Source: Desulfomicrobium sp.
Lineage (GTDB): Bacteria > Desulfobacterota > Desulfovibrionia > Desulfovibrionales > Desulfomicrobiaceae
DNA: 64,000 bases
NCBI GenBank assembly: GCA_040768745.1
Contig: JAXGMI010000001.1
Coordinates: 1,632,001 to 1,696,000 of the forward strand
Direction: 5' to 3'
The position numbers were made by a program, and so were the translations under genes. Below the pieces are notes generated by a model. The model saw only the letters and a program-made list of their open reading frames with translations, searched no databases and was not told the origin of the DNA. Shown here in pieces: positions 9,921 to 20,260 of the stretch; the stretch's first letter is position 1, and each line of letters opens with the position of its first letter.

Positions 9921-11419
9921 AGGTCGAGATCATAGTTGTCACGGGAGATGTTCGGAGTGTACAGGCGAGGTTGGGACAACCTTTGCTGCATGTTCTTTTT
10001 GAGGCCAATCTCAGCCAAGGTTGGGCGCTTTGTGCTGGAGCGGGCAGCTGCGGCAAATGCAGGATCAGGTTTCTGGACCATGCCCCACAGGCGCAGTGTG
10101 AGGAACATGCGCTTATACAGCAAGAGGACCTGGAACACGGTTGGCGATTGGCCTGCAAACATGTGGTGACTCGCGACTGCAGGATCCAACTCAGGACATT
10201 GCCCCGGCAGCGTTCAACATCTGAAGAGGGCGAGCTGCTTGCCATAGATGTGGGGACGACCAGGATAAAATGGGCGGTGGATGGAAAGAGGAATAGGGCT
10301 GTCGAACATGCCATGATCAATCCCCAAATGGGTGTCGGGAGCGAGATCATGTCCAGACTCAGCTATGCCCTTTCCTCGGAAACGGCGCAAAGCCATCTGC
10401 GGGAAGTGCTCGTCTCTGCAATCAAGCAGCTTGTCAAGGATTCTGGGGCAAGGAGCTTGGCTGTGGGCGGGAATACCACCATGATAGCCATGCTCTTGGG
10501 GTTGCCACTCCAAGGGTTGGCCTTTGCCCCCTATACGCTGCCCTGGCGGGGCGATGAAACGGTCGGATTGGGGAATGGATTGCCACCAGCCTATGTGCCT
10601 CCACTTTTGGGGCCCTTCATAGGTGCAGACATCAGCGCCGGACTGGCTGCAGTATGTGCAAAAGAGCCGGAATACCCTTACCTTCTCGCCGACCTGGGAA
10701 CCAATGGTGAGTTTGTGCTGGCTGTGGACGAGGACCATTTCTTCGCCGCGAGTGTTCCCATGGGGCCGGCCATTGAAGGTGTTGGACTTTGTTGTGGGTC
10801 CATGGCTGGAGATGGGGTGGTAAGTAAGGTGAGAGTGGGGCAAAAAGGACTGCACGTGGATGTGCAAGGGGCCATGGCAGGAATTTCCGGAACCGGCTAC
10901 GTGTCCTTGCTGGCGGTTCTGCGCCGGATTGGACTGCTGGACGAGGATGGCCATTTTCAAGTGTCATCGTCCATTCCCTTGACCCAACAAATCGCTTCCA
11001 AAATAGGCGCACATCCCCTGGGAAAAATTCTGCAGCTGAATGAGGAAATTTTTCTGGCTGAGAGAGACGTCGAGGAATTCCTGAAGGCAAAGGCAGCAGT
11101 CAATGTGGCCATCGGGAGTCTCGTCCGTCGAACAGGATTGGGCGTGGCCGACATCAATTCGATTTATCTGGCCGGAGCCCTGGGCGAGTACGCCGACTGC
11201 CTTGACCTTATGGAACTCGGATTTTTCCCACGATGTTGGCAGGAACGTATTCTCGTGGAAGGAAATACATCATTGGCAGGGCTGATGCTGGCTCTCGAAA
11301 AACTGGAAGTCAGGGAGTGGTTGTCCAATCTGCCCCTGAAAGTGTCCGTTGAGAACCTCGTGGAGCAAGAGGATTTCGAGACTCATTTTCTGAACGCTAT
11401 GCGTTTTGTCTGGATGTGA
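9914..11419 (+). CDS. ASKHA-family ATPase with N-terminal 2Fe-2S domain (RACo / DUF4445-like)
   Basis: CAGAGSCGKC...RLAC ferredoxin motif; AIDVGTT, ADLGTNGE, GPAIEG, LAGALG, GNTSLAG motifs. Confidence 0.88.
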   Translation: MVKVEIIVVTGDVRSVQARLGQPLLHVLFEANLSQGWALCAGAGSCGKCRIRFLDHAPQAQCEEHALIQQEDLEHGWRLACKHVVTRDCRIQLRTLPRQRSTSEEGELLAIDVGTTRIKWAVDGKRNRAVEHAMINPQMGVGSEIMSRLSYALSSETAQSHLREVLVSAIKQLVKDSGARSLAVGGNTTMIAMLLGLPLQGLAFAPYTLPWRGDETVGLGNGLPPAYVPPLLGPFIGADISAGLAAVCAKEPEYPYLLADLGTNGEFVLAVDEDHFFAASVPMGPAIEGVGLCCGSMAGDGVVSKVRVGQKGLHVDVQGAMAGISGTGYVSLLAVLRRIGLLDEDGHFQVSSSIPLTQQIASKIGAHPLGKILQLNEEIFLAERDVEEFLKAKAAVNVAIGSLVRRTGLGVADINSIYLAGALGEYADCLDLMELGFFPRCWQERILVEGNTSLAGLMLALEKLEVREWLSNLPLKVSVENLVEQEDFETHFLNAMRFVWM

Positions 11420-11441
11420 AGGCCGTCAGACGCAGATCATT

Positions 11442-11816
11442 TCATATTTTAGCCTGAATGGCCTCGTGGATGCGTCGAGATACGACCTCGTCTCCAAGGT
11501 ATCCGACTCGAATGGATACCTCTGTCGTGGTTGAACTTTGGGTATTGAGGGTTATCCAGACATCGCGTTCACCATCCTTGGTGTTGATGGAGGCGCGACT
11601 CAATTGTTTCTGGGGGTCAAGGACTGGCAGCCCCAACGATTCGCAACCTGCAATGGTCGCTTTGTACGTGGCTTCAAGATCAGCATTATAGGTGCGTTTG
11701 AGCTGCCCGGCAACATAGGTGTAGGTCCCAACTGCCGTGGCACCACCTACGATCAGGGCTGCGCAACCAGTGCTCAGCATGACCAGAATGATCAACATGT
11801 TTTTGAGAACAGTCAT
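11442..11816 (-). CDS. Small lipoprotein, DUF3568-like
   Basis: GGAGG RBS before ATG 11816; lipobox-like STGC then GGATAVGTYTYVAGQL and C-terminal IRVGYLGDE...RIHEAI. Confidence 0.75.
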   Translation of the reverse strand: MTVLKNMLIILVMLSTGCAALIVGGATAVGTYTYVAGQLKRTYNADLEATYKATIAGCESLGLPVLDPQKQLSRASINTKDGERDVWITLNTQSSTTTEVSIRVGYLGDEVVSRRIHEAIQAKI

Positions 11817-11879
11817 GTTTTTCCTCCATTGATACTGTAATTGAAGTCTACGTTGTTTCAGAGTCAATGAAAAGATCTG

Positions 11880-13610
11880 TCATTCCAGGGAAAGAATATC
11901 CTGCACCGCCAGTTCTGGCTGCATGAGACCATTGAATTTGGTCAAGCGTGGCGTGTAAGCGACTCTGACCTCACGCTGATCCAGTGAGGTCTTTTGCCAG
12001 CGTTCTCCCTGACGCCAAGCCACGGCGCGCATGGTCGTGCCGTCTGTGGAATCACTCAGAAACAGCTCCAGATGTTTTTTTTGGCCAAAGAAACGGTGGC
12101 GCAAAATGGACAATGGTGGAGACAGAAAGATTGGGCGTGGATTGCCCTGTCCGTAAGGCTGGAGCAGCTCCAGCTCCTTGAGCAAGGTGGCTGTGACCTG
12201 CGAAAAAGGAAGCTCCATATCCAGCTCGAGAATGGGAGGGGCGGGGTTGGTTCCGAGCTGCTCCTCCACTGCCCAGGCGAAAAGACTTTTCAGGTTGACG
12301 AGCTGAAAGGGTTCAAGTTTGAGTCCAGCGGCCTGTTTGTGACCTCCGAATTTATACAGACACTGCTTGCAGGATAAGAGCGCCTGATAGAGGTCAAAGG
12401 ATGGAGTTGATCTCCCCGAGCCCTTGAAAATACCATTTTCTTTGGTCAGGATCAGACATGGTCTGTGAAATCGTTCTACGATGCGAGAAGCCACGATGCC
12501 GATAATCCCCGAATGCCAGTGCTCGGAATGGAGAACGAAGCCTGGCAGGTGCAACTGAGATTCGGCCTGGGCAATAGCCTCTTCAAGAATTCGTTGTTCT
12601 TCCAGTTTGCGCTTGGCATTGAGCTTGTCGAGCTGTGTGGCCAAGCTGCGGGCTGTTTCGCTGTCCTTTTCCAAGAGAAGCCGCAAGGCGAGGTCAGGAT
12701 CCCCAATGCGTCCAGCAGCATTGATGCGTGGAGCCAAAGCGAAACCAATGGTGCCGGCGCCTACACGTTCATCCGGACCAAGTCCGCTGATTTCCTTCAG
12801 CGCCTGGATTCCTGGTCGGCGTCCTTCCTCGATGAGAAGCAGCCCGTTTTTCACCAGGATACGGTTTTGCTCGTCCAGGGGCACGACGTCCGCTATGGTG
12901 CCAAGGGCAACAAGATCCAGGTAATCCCTGATGTCTGCCTGCGGACCAGGCAGGAGTCGATTTAAGGCTCCCATGAGGAGGAAGCTCAGACCCACACCGG
13001 AAAGTTCTTGGCTGGGCCATCCATCCAGTTTTGGATTGATAATGATATCGGCTTCGGGAAGTGTCTGGCCCGGCAGGTGATGGTCCGTGACAATCACATC
13101 CATACCAAGTGCCTTGGCTTCCTGAATTTCCTTGATATTGGCGATGCCGCAATCGACGGTCAAAAGCAGCCCGACTCCCAGCGCGGCTAAGTTGCGAATA
13201 CCCTCGGAGTGCAATCCATAGCCGAAGTCCAGCCTGTCCGGGATATGATGAACCACCTCGACATTTCTATGGCTCAGAAAATCCTTGACCAAGGCTGTGG
13301 CAGTGATCCCGTCCACATCGTAGTCCCCCCATACGGCAAGCCTGCGGTTTTGGGCCAAGGCGTCGCGAATCAGTATTGCTCCTGCTTCAATGCCTGGCCA
13401 TTTTTCCAGGGGGTACAGATATCTGAGCCCGGGGCTCAGATATCTGTCCATGGCGGCTGGCGAGGACAGCCCACGCAGGGTCATCAAATGGACAAGGAGG
13501 GGACTGACTTCCAGACGCTCGGCGATAGCTCGCTGCTGGGCGTGGCTCAGAGCCGCGCCCAATGGAGGTGCTTTGAGTGTCCAAGTCGTCAGGGTCTCGG
13601 GCATAGGCAT
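11880..13610 (-). CDS. recJ: Single-stranded-DNA exonuclease RecJ
   Basis: GDYDVDG, TVDCGI, TDHH, GTIADVVPL, PRINAAGR, GGHKQAAG motifs. Confidence 0.96.
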   Translation of the reverse strand: MPMPETLTTWTLKAPPLGAALSHAQQRAIAERLEVSPLLVHLMTLRGLSSPAAMDRYLSPGLRYLYPLEKWPGIEAGAILIRDALAQNRRLAVWGDYDVDGITATALVKDFLSHRNVEVVHHIPDRLDFGYGLHSEGIRNLAALGVGLLLTVDCGIANIKEIQEAKALGMDVIVTDHHLPGQTLPEADIIINPKLDGWPSQELSGVGLSFLLMGALNRLLPGPQADIRDYLDLVALGTIADVVPLDEQNRILVKNGLLLIEEGRRPGIQALKEISGLGPDERVGAGTIGFALAPRINAAGRIGDPDLALRLLLEKDSETARSLATQLDKLNAKRKLEEQRILEEAIAQAESQLHLPGFVLHSEHWHSGIIGIVASRIVERFHRPCLILTKENGIFKGSGRSTPSFDLYQALLSCKQCLYKFGGHKQAAGLKLEPFQLVNLKSLFAWAVEEQLGTNPAPPILELDMELPFSQVTATLLKELELLQPYGQGNPRPIFLSPPLSILRHRFFGQKKHLELFLSDSTDGTTMRAVAWRQGERWQKTSLDQREVRVAYTPRLTKFNGLMQPELAVQDILSLE

Positions 13611-13714
13611 TTCTACAGAGAAGTTTGTTGCTTTGACAGATGCGGGTCCTTCAATATAGTCGTTTTTTCTTCAACTGCAAGATCTTTGATTTCTTGCATT
13701 TTTGTCATGGTCAA

Positions 13715-13729
13715 AGGCACCGTAATTGT
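13715..13729 (+). promoter_or_regulatory. Possible sigma54 promoter of the DUF2156 gene
   Basis: AGGCAC-CGTAA-TTGT versus consensus TGGCAC-N5-TTGC, about 30 nt before ATG 13758. Confidence 0.4.
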
Positions 13730-13757
13730 TGTGTATCTTTTTTTGTTGCGAGGTTGA

Positions 13758-14645
13758 ATGAACACAAATTTTCGGCCTGTTTCTCTGGAGGGACAGGCAG
13801 AGTATAATCAAAAATTGGCACTGTGCGGGCAGAAAGCGTCCGACTACAGCTTCATCAACTTGTGGGGTTGGGGCCGCGAATACGGACTCGAGTGGTGTTT
13901 CACGGAGGAGTACGTGCTTCTTCGGCAGACTATACCCCAGACCTTGTACTGGGCTCCTATTGGGAACTGGGTGGGTGCGGATTGGAAGGCGTTACAGGAG
14001 AGCCTCCCCATGGATACATGTTTTATTCGTATCCCAGAGGAGTTGAAGAATATCTGGGAAACAAGCCTGGATGGGGTGCGAGTCAAGGAGTGCAGAGAAC
14101 ATTGGGATTATCTGTATGATGTGAGGGAATTGACCGAGCTCAAAGGACGCAAGTTCCACAACAAAAAAAATCTGGTGAATCAGTTTCTGCGCGAACATGA
14201 GTCCAGGTTTGTGATCTTGGACGAGCGGACGGTGGAGTGCGCCATGGCTTTACAGACCGATTGGTTTTTGTGGCGCAACTCGGAAAACGATCAGACCCTG
14301 GAGGCCGAAAACCGGGCCATCATCAAGGTCATGCAGGACTGGTCTCGACTGGGCGGACTGATTGGCGGGGGGCTGGTGGTGGAGAATAAAATGATTGCCT
14401 ACACCATTGCCGAGGCCCTGGACGAAAGCAGCATTGTCATTCATTTCGAGAAAGGCTGCCCATTGTTCAAAGGGGTCTATCAGGCAATCAACCAGATTTT
14501 CTTGGAGCAATGCTGCCAGGGATTCCAAACCGTCAATCGTGAGCAGGACTTGGGAGACGAAGGACTGCGCAAGGCCAAACTCAGTTACAATCCAGTCGCA
14601 TTTTTGAAAAAATACCGGGTTTGTCTGAAAGGGGGGCTCGTCTAG
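13758..14645 (+). CDS. DUF2156 / phosphatidylglycerol-lysyltransferase-like GNAT-fold protein
   Basis: SDYSFINLWGW, DYLY...LKGRKFHNKKN, IHFEKG, NREQDLGDEGLRKAKLSYNP. Confidence 0.85.
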   Translation: MNTNFRPVSLEGQAEYNQKLALCGQKASDYSFINLWGWGREYGLEWCFTEEYVLLRQTIPQTLYWAPIGNWVGADWKALQESLPMDTCFIRIPEELKNIWETSLDGVRVKECREHWDYLYDVRELTELKGRKFHNKKNLVNQFLREHESRFVILDERTVECAMALQTDWFLWRNSENDQTLEAENRAIIKVMQDWSRLGGLIGGGLVVENKMIAYTIAEALDESSIVIHFEKGCPLFKGVYQAINQIFLEQCCQGFQTVNREQDLGDEGLRKAKLSYNPVAFLKKYRVCLKGGLV

Positions 14646-16882
14646 TCGAGCTTTTCCCAGAATCCGCAGTCCTTGGAAGGGCAGGCCAAATGTAGTCCTC
14701 TGATCTTTGTCTCCCTGCGGACAAGAATTTTGGAGTCACAAAGGGGGCATGGTCGTGCCACGGGCTGGTCCCAGACCGCATAGTCACATTTGGGGTAGTT
14801 GCTGCAGGAGTAGAAAAGTTTTCCCCTGCGGCTGGTCTTCTCCACCAGTTCTCCTCCGCAGCCCTCGCGGGGGCAGGCCACGCCAGTGCCCATGGACTTG
14901 GAATTCCGGCACTGGGGATAGTTGGAGCAGGCTATGAACCTCCCACCGGTTTTTGTCTTTTTGACGACCATTCTCCCATTCTGACACTTGGTGCAAGGGC
15001 CGAGGTCTTCGGGAACCGGCTCCAGCGTGATCCTGATTTCTCCCTGATCATTACGGGTGTAGTTGCTGGTGAAGGAACAGGTCGGGTAATCAGCGCACCC
15101 CAGAAACGTCCCGTTCTTTCCGAACTTGACCACCAAGCGAGCCCGGTTGCACTGGGGGCAGGTCAGGCCCGTGTCCATTCCGGACTTGACCTGGGCCATG
15201 GTCTCACGCGCCTTATCCAGGGCTGGATAAAAGTCCTGTGCGAAGTTCTGGAGCAGCTCTATCCAATTGATCCCGCCTTCGGCCACGCGGTCCAGGTTTT
15301 CCTCCATGCGGGCCGTGAATCCTGCGTCCATGAGTTGGGAGAAATGTTCGACCAGCAGGTCACAGACAATAATTCCAAGATCCGTGGGAAGAAAGTGTTT
15401 GTCCTGGACCTGAACGTAGTCTCGTTCAGTCAGGGTGGAAATGATGGCCGCGTAGGTGGACGGGCGGCCGATACCCAGTTCTTCGAGTTTATGAACCAGA
15501 GATGCCTCGGAAAAACGGGCCGGGGGCTGGGTAAATTTCTGTTCCTTGTGCAGCTGTTGCAGGTGCAGCTCCTGACCGCGCAGTAGTTTGGGCAGGCCCG
15601 GGGCGTCGCTTTCTCCAGCCTGGGGCTGGATGCTCAGGAACCCCGGGAAAACGAGTCGCTCACCCTTGGCTCGCCACAGGGCTGGTCCGCTCTCAATCGT
15701 TATCACCGTATCCCAGAAGCGGGCCGAGGCCATTTGTGATGCCATGAAGCGTTCCCAGATCAGCCGATAGAGCTTGTACTGTTCAGGGGGAAGACTGGCC
15801 TTGACTGAATCAGGAGTCAGACTGGGGTCAACTGGCCGGATGGCTTCATGGGCATCCTGGGCGCTGCCCTTGCTTTTGAATACCCTGGGCTTCTCGGGGT
15901 AGAATTCCTGCCCCAGAACCGTTGAAATCCAGCTTCGGGCAGCGTCTCGGGCTTCATCGGAAATGCGGACCGAGTCAGTGCGCATGTAGGTGATGAGGGC
16001 CGTTGTCCCGTGTTGTCCAAGTTCCACGCCTTCATAAAGACGTTGAGCCACGGACATGGTGCGCTTGGCGTTGAAGCCCAGTCTGGTGCTGGCCTCCTGC
16101 TGCAGGGTGGAGGTGATGAACGGTGGACGCGGGTGACGAAGCCGCTCTTTCTCTGCGATATCACTGACCAGGTAGGGGCAGCCTGTGAGGCGCTCCTCCA
16201 AAGCCAAGGCCGCAGGCGCATTGCCTATGGAGGGCTTGAGACCGTCAACCTTCCACAGATCGGCTTCAAAGGCCGGAGGGGTCGTCCCCTGGACTCTGAT
16301 TTTGAAGCTCCAGTATTCCTCGGACACAAAGGCCTGTCGCTCCCGCTCCCGATCCACGATAAGCCGCAAGGCCACAGACTGGACCCGCCCGGCGGACAGC
16401 CCACGTTTGACTTTTTTCCACAGCAAGGGCGAAATTTTGTACCCGACTAGGCGGTCCAAAATGCGCCGAGCCTGCTGGGAATCGAACAGCGGTTTGCGCA
16501 GTTCGGTGGGGTGGGCCAGTGCTTCCTTGACTGCTTTGGATGTAATCTCGTTGAACTGGATGCGCTTCAGGTTGGGATTTGCTTTACGAATGATTTCAGC
16601 AACATGCCAAGCAATAGCCTCACCTTCGCGATCCGGGTCCGGGGCGAGGTAAACGGTATCGGCTTCCTTGGCGGCGGATTTAAGCTTGCTGACGACTTTG
16701 GCCTTGCCGGGGATGATTTGGTAGTCGGGGCTGAAGTCGTTGTCCTCGTCCACGCCGAGGGTTTTGGCCGGAAGATCCCGGACGTGGCCAACGGAAGCCT
16801 CCACCTCAAAACCGCTTCCGAGAAATTTCTTTATGGTTTTGATTTTGGCGGGTGATTCAACAATGATTAAGTCCTTGCCCAT
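14642..16882 (-). CDS. topA: DNA topoisomerase I
   Basis: IIVESPAK, DPDREGEAIAWH, SAGRVQS, ITYMRTDS, C-terminal C4 zinc ribbons. Confidence 0.98.
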   Translation of the reverse strand: MGKDLIIVESPAKIKTIKKFLGSGFEVEASVGHVRDLPAKTLGVDEDNDFSPDYQIIPGKAKVVSKLKSAAKEADTVYLAPDPDREGEAIAWHVAEIIRKANPNLKRIQFNEITSKAVKEALAHPTELRKPLFDSQQARRILDRLVGYKISPLLWKKVKRGLSAGRVQSVALRLIVDRERERQAFVSEEYWSFKIRVQGTTPPAFEADLWKVDGLKPSIGNAPAALALEERLTGCPYLVSDIAEKERLRHPRPPFITSTLQQEASTRLGFNAKRTMSVAQRLYEGVELGQHGTTALITYMRTDSVRISDEARDAARSWISTVLGQEFYPEKPRVFKSKGSAQDAHEAIRPVDPSLTPDSVKASLPPEQYKLYRLIWERFMASQMASARFWDTVITIESGPALWRAKGERLVFPGFLSIQPQAGESDAPGLPKLLRGQELHLQQLHKEQKFTQPPARFSEASLVHKLEELGIGRPSTYAAIISTLTERDYVQVQDKHFLPTDLGIIVCDLLVEHFSQLMDAGFTARMEENLDRVAEGGINWIELLQNFAQDFYPALDKARETMAQVKSGMDTGLTCPQCNRARLVVKFGKNGTFLGCADYPTCSFTSNYTRNDQGEIRITLEPVPEDLGPCTKCQNGRMVVKKTKTGGRFIACSNYPQCRNSKSMGTGVACPREGCGGELVEKTSRRGKLFYSCSNYPKCDYAVWDQPVARPCPLCDSKILVRRETKIRGLHLACPSKDCGFWEKLD

Positions 16883-17009
16883 AATGTTTGGGGCCTATAT
16901 CCAGAATCCGAAGCACAGGGCAAGCGGTAATTCCCGTATATTCCGCCACTGCCGCACCGCTGGATTTTCAACCAGTCGGGAGACCCTTTACATTGACTGG
17001 ATACAACAC

Positions 17010-17927
17010 ATGTCCACCACATACCGGGCTGGATTTATCGCTCTCATTGGCCCTCCCAATGCGGGCAAATCCACGTTTCTGAACACGGTCCTGGGTGAAA
17101 AGATTGCCATTGTCTCGCCCAAGCCCCAGACCACGCGAACCAGTATCACTGGAATTCATACCACGGCCCATGAGCAGATTGTCTTTCTGGACACTCCCGG
17201 CATTCATGTGGCCCGGGGCAGGCTGAACCGTCTCCTGGTGGATACGGCCTGGAAAGCGCTCCAGGAAGCCAACGGGGCGATTCTCTTTCTCGACGGCGCA
17301 AAATATGTGGGTCATGAGACGGCGTTGGAGCGGGACACGAAACCCATGCTCGGCAGGCTCACATCCATGGGCATTCCTCTGGCAGTCGCCTTGAACAAAA
17401 TCGACCAGATCAAGCCCAAGGAAGTGCTGCTGAGCCTTTTGGCTTTTTGTTCCACACGTTGGCCTGGGGCTGAACTGGTGCCTGTTTCGGCCCGGACCGG
17501 CGAAGGATTGGAGCGGCTGCTTCATGTTGTCCGTGATTTTTTGCCAGCCAGTGACCGGATTTTCCCCGACGACCAACTCAGTACAGTTCCAGTCCGCTTT
17601 TTGGCTTCAGAAATCATCCGTGAGAAGCTTTTCATGGTTCTGGAGCAGGAACTGCCCTACAATGTGGCGGTCGAAATTGAATCCTGGGAAGAGCTGCGCG
17701 AGCAGAATATGACGGTGGTCAACGCCATCATCTACACGTCAAAAAACAGTCATAAAGGCATGATCGTGGGACGTCACGGCGAGAATCTGAAGAAGATCGG
17801 GCAACAGTCCAGGAAGGAGCTCAAAGACCTCCTCGGAACCAAGGTCCATCTTGAGTTGTGGGTCAAGGTTCGCGAAGGGTGGACCGAGGACGGCCAGTTC
17901 ATGCATTCCCTGGGCCTGGGCTCTTAA
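17010..17927 (+). CDS. era: GTPase Era
   Basis: GPPNAGKST, PQTTR, DTPG, NKID, KH domain; ATG 17010 gives normal Era length. Confidence 0.96.
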   Translation: MSTTYRAGFIALIGPPNAGKSTFLNTVLGEKIAIVSPKPQTTRTSITGIHTTAHEQIVFLDTPGIHVARGRLNRLLVDTAWKALQEANGAILFLDGAKYVGHETALERDTKPMLGRLTSMGIPLAVALNKIDQIKPKEVLLSLLAFCSTRWPGAELVPVSARTGEGLERLLHVVRDFLPASDRIFPDDQLSTVPVRFLASEIIREKLFMVLEQELPYNVAVEIESWEELREQNMTVVNAIIYTSKNSHKGMIVGRHGENLKKIGQQSRKELKDLLGTKVHLELWVKVREGWTEDGQFMHSLGLGS

Positions 17928-17950
17928 CGAGGGGATGAAGCGAGAAAATT

Positions 17951-18637
17951 ATGGCGTTAATCAAGCGCTGGCAGGATGTTCTTGAGCTCATGTCCCTGGC
18001 TGCAGCCAAGGCTGGACGCGATCCTGGGTCCGTTCGTTTGGTGGCCGTGTCCAAGCTCCATCCTGCTCAGGATATACTGACCCTTTTTGAAGCTGGACAG
18101 CGTTCCTTCGGAGAGAATTACGTTCAGGAAGTCCTGGCCAAGATGGAGGTCCTGCCCAAAGAAATCGACTGGCACTTCATTGGGCACCTGCAAAGCAACA
18201 AGGTAAAGAGCGTGGTGGGTCGGATCGGGCTCATCCACGGACTGGATTCTCTCAAACTGGCGCATTCGTTGCATGAGCGGGCAGCAGCTATGGCTCTCGT
18301 GCAAGACGTGCTGGTGCAGGTCAACCTGGCAGAAGAAAGGCAAAAGAGTGGAATCCTTGAAGCAGACCTCCCTCATCTGGCAGAATTTCTGTCAGGTGCC
18401 AGAAACCTCCGCTGGCGGGGGCTCATGCTGATACCTCCTTTTTTTGATGACCCAGCAAAGGCCCGTCCATATTTCATCCGCCTGCGCACCCTCAACGAGA
18501 AGCTGCGCAAGGAGTACGGCCTGCCTCTTCCGGAGTTGTCCATGGGCATGACCGGCGACTTTGAGACGGCCATTGCAGAAGGCGCCACGCTGGTGCGCAT
18601 CGGGACCAAGATTTTTGGCCAGAGGAACATCCTCTGA
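17951..18637 (+). CDS. yggS: YggS-family PLP homeostasis protein
   Basis: LVAVSK, FGENYVQE, WHFIGHLQSNK, LSMGMTGDFETAIAEGATLVRIGT. Confidence 0.95.
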   Translation: MALIKRWQDVLELMSLAAAKAGRDPGSVRLVAVSKLHPAQDILTLFEAGQRSFGENYVQEVLAKMEVLPKEIDWHFIGHLQSNKVKSVVGRIGLIHGLDSLKLAHSLHERAAAMALVQDVLVQVNLAEERQKSGILEADLPHLAEFLSGARNLRWRGLMLIPPFFDDPAKARPYFIRLRTLNEKLRKEYGLPLPELSMGMTGDFETAIAEGATLVRIGTKIFGQRNIL

Positions 18638-18657
18638 GGGCTAAGGACGCACGTTTT

Positions 18658-19413
18658 ATGGATCTGGCCACCATCATCGGAATTCTGGTTGCCTTTGGAC
18701 TGGTCATCGCCGCCCTGGGCGGGGAAGCAGTTCTTTTTTTTGACGCATCCTCCCTCCTCATTGTCATGGGAGGGACCATCGGTGCGGTGCTGGTGACCTA
18801 TCCTTTGGAGACGGTGCTGGGTTTGATGCAGATCGTCAAAAAGACGTTCATGACCAGGGCCACGGAACCGAGCGAACTTATCCCACAGTTCGTGGACTAT
18901 GCCAACCGAGTGCGGCGTGAGGGCATTCTATCCCTGGAAGCACACGTGAAGAACATTTCTGACGATTTTTTGCGCAAGGCCTTGCAACTCACTGTGGACG
19001 GACTGGATCCACAAATGATCCAGGAAATCCTGGAGACAGAGATCGCCTGCCTGGAGGAGCGGCATCTGAAGGGGGCGGAAATCATGCAAACTTTTGGCAC
19101 CCTGGCCCCCGGGATGGGCATGGTCGGCACGATCATCGGTCTTGTGCTCATGCTCAAACGACTCAATGATCCGAGCAGCATCGGCCCGGCAATGGCCTTG
19201 GCGCTCCTCACGACATTCTACGGGGCCGTCCTGGCAAATCTCGTTTTCAACCCCATGGCGGGCAAGCTCAGGGCCAGAAGCCGGGAAGAGGTGCTGATCC
19301 GTTCCATGATCGTGGAGGGCATCATGTCCATTTCACGAGGAGAGAACCCGCGCATCCTGGAGGAAAAGCTCAATAGTTATCTCCCTCCCAGGGAACGCAT
19401 AGTCCGGCCATAG
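18658..19413 (+). CDS. motA: Flagellar stator A subunit (MotA/PomA family)
   Basis: RREGILSLE, APGMGMVGTIIGLV, IGPAMALALLTTFYG. Confidence 0.93.
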   Translation: MDLATIIGILVAFGLVIAALGGEAVLFFDASSLLIVMGGTIGAVLVTYPLETVLGLMQIVKKTFMTRATEPSELIPQFVDYANRVRREGILSLEAHVKNISDDFLRKALQLTVDGLDPQMIQEILETEIACLEERHLKGAEIMQTFGTLAPGMGMVGTIIGLVLMLKRLNDPSSIGPAMALALLTTFYGAVLANLVFNPMAGKLRARSREEVLIRSMIVEGIMSISRGENPRILEEKLNSYLPPRERIVRP

Positions 19414-19423
19414 GAGGCAGGGT

Positions 19424-20260
19424 ATGGTCAGGATGAAGGAGAGGGCAAAGGACCCGGATCGGCCTATCCCGCCCTGGATGATCACATTTTCCGATTTGGT
19501 TACCCTGCTAATGACGTTTTTTGTGGTTCTGGTGTCCATGGCCTCCCTGACTGACGAATATAAGCGTAAGGTGGCCCTGGGTTCCGTTTCGGGCATTTTT
19601 GGAACCGGGGCTCAGAGTCTCGATGATCTGACTACCTTGGACTTGAGGCGGAAAGTTGATCCAGGACCGATCAACGAGTTCAAAGACTTGACGCCAGTCA
19701 AGATTCGATTGCGGGAAAAGCCTGACCAGGACTTGCGTTTCGAGTCCAATCGTTTTTTCCAGCGTCTTTCCATGGGTGTTGATGCACTTTTTGCCCCTGG
19801 TTCATCGGAGTTGACGGCAAGGGGACGCGAGCTTCTCTATCAGATTCTCCCCGTGATCATGGACAGTTCCTACCCGATGATCCTTGCTGGACATGCCGGT
19901 GAGGGGCTTGAGGAATTCGGTCCGGAGTATCAGCCCAAACTGGGTTCCAAGGTCGATTTTTCATGGAGCCTTTCTTTGGCCCGTGTGCAGTCCGTATACC
20001 GCTATTTTGTCGATGCCGGCATCTCTGCGGACAAGTTGCGGATTGAGGCATTCGGTCGCTTCCGGCGGGGCGGAAGGGCTGGGGGGAAAGAGGGGGGCAC
20101 GTTCAATGGGCGGGTGGAGATCACCCTTGATAGGAGGATTGGCAGCTGGGGCCATGAAATTGCTGAAGCTACAGCCTTGCCTGCAAACGGCGAGAAGTCA
20201 AAAAACAGCATCAGCGTGAAGGACTTCCTTTTCCGTTTCGATTTGCCCGGAGGAGAATGA
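19424..20260 (+). CDS. motB: Flagellar stator B subunit, copy 1 (degenerate OmpA-like domain)
   Basis: WMITFSDLVTLLMTFFVVL TM helix with conserved Asp; OmpA-like C-terminal domain. Confidence 0.85.
   Translation: MVRMKERAKDPDRPIPPWMITFSDLVTLLMTFFVVLVSMASLTDEYKRKVALGSVSGIFGTGAQSLDDLTTLDLRRKVDPGPINEFKDLTPVKIRLREKPDQDLRFESNRFFQRLSMGVDALFAPGSSELTARGRELLYQILPVIMDSSYPMILAGHAGEGLEEFGPEYQPKLGSKVDFSWSLSLARVQSVYRYFVDAGISADKLRIEAFGRFRRGGRAGGKEGGTFNGRVEITLDRRIGSWGHEIAEATALPANGEKSKNSISVKDFLFRFDLPGGE

Noticed and set aside
16740..17009. Long N-terminal extensions in the ORF track (era, queA, vorB, tsf, frr, mltD-like, antiporters)
   Set aside because: Artefacts of taking the first start codon; homology and RBS positions support the downstream starts given.
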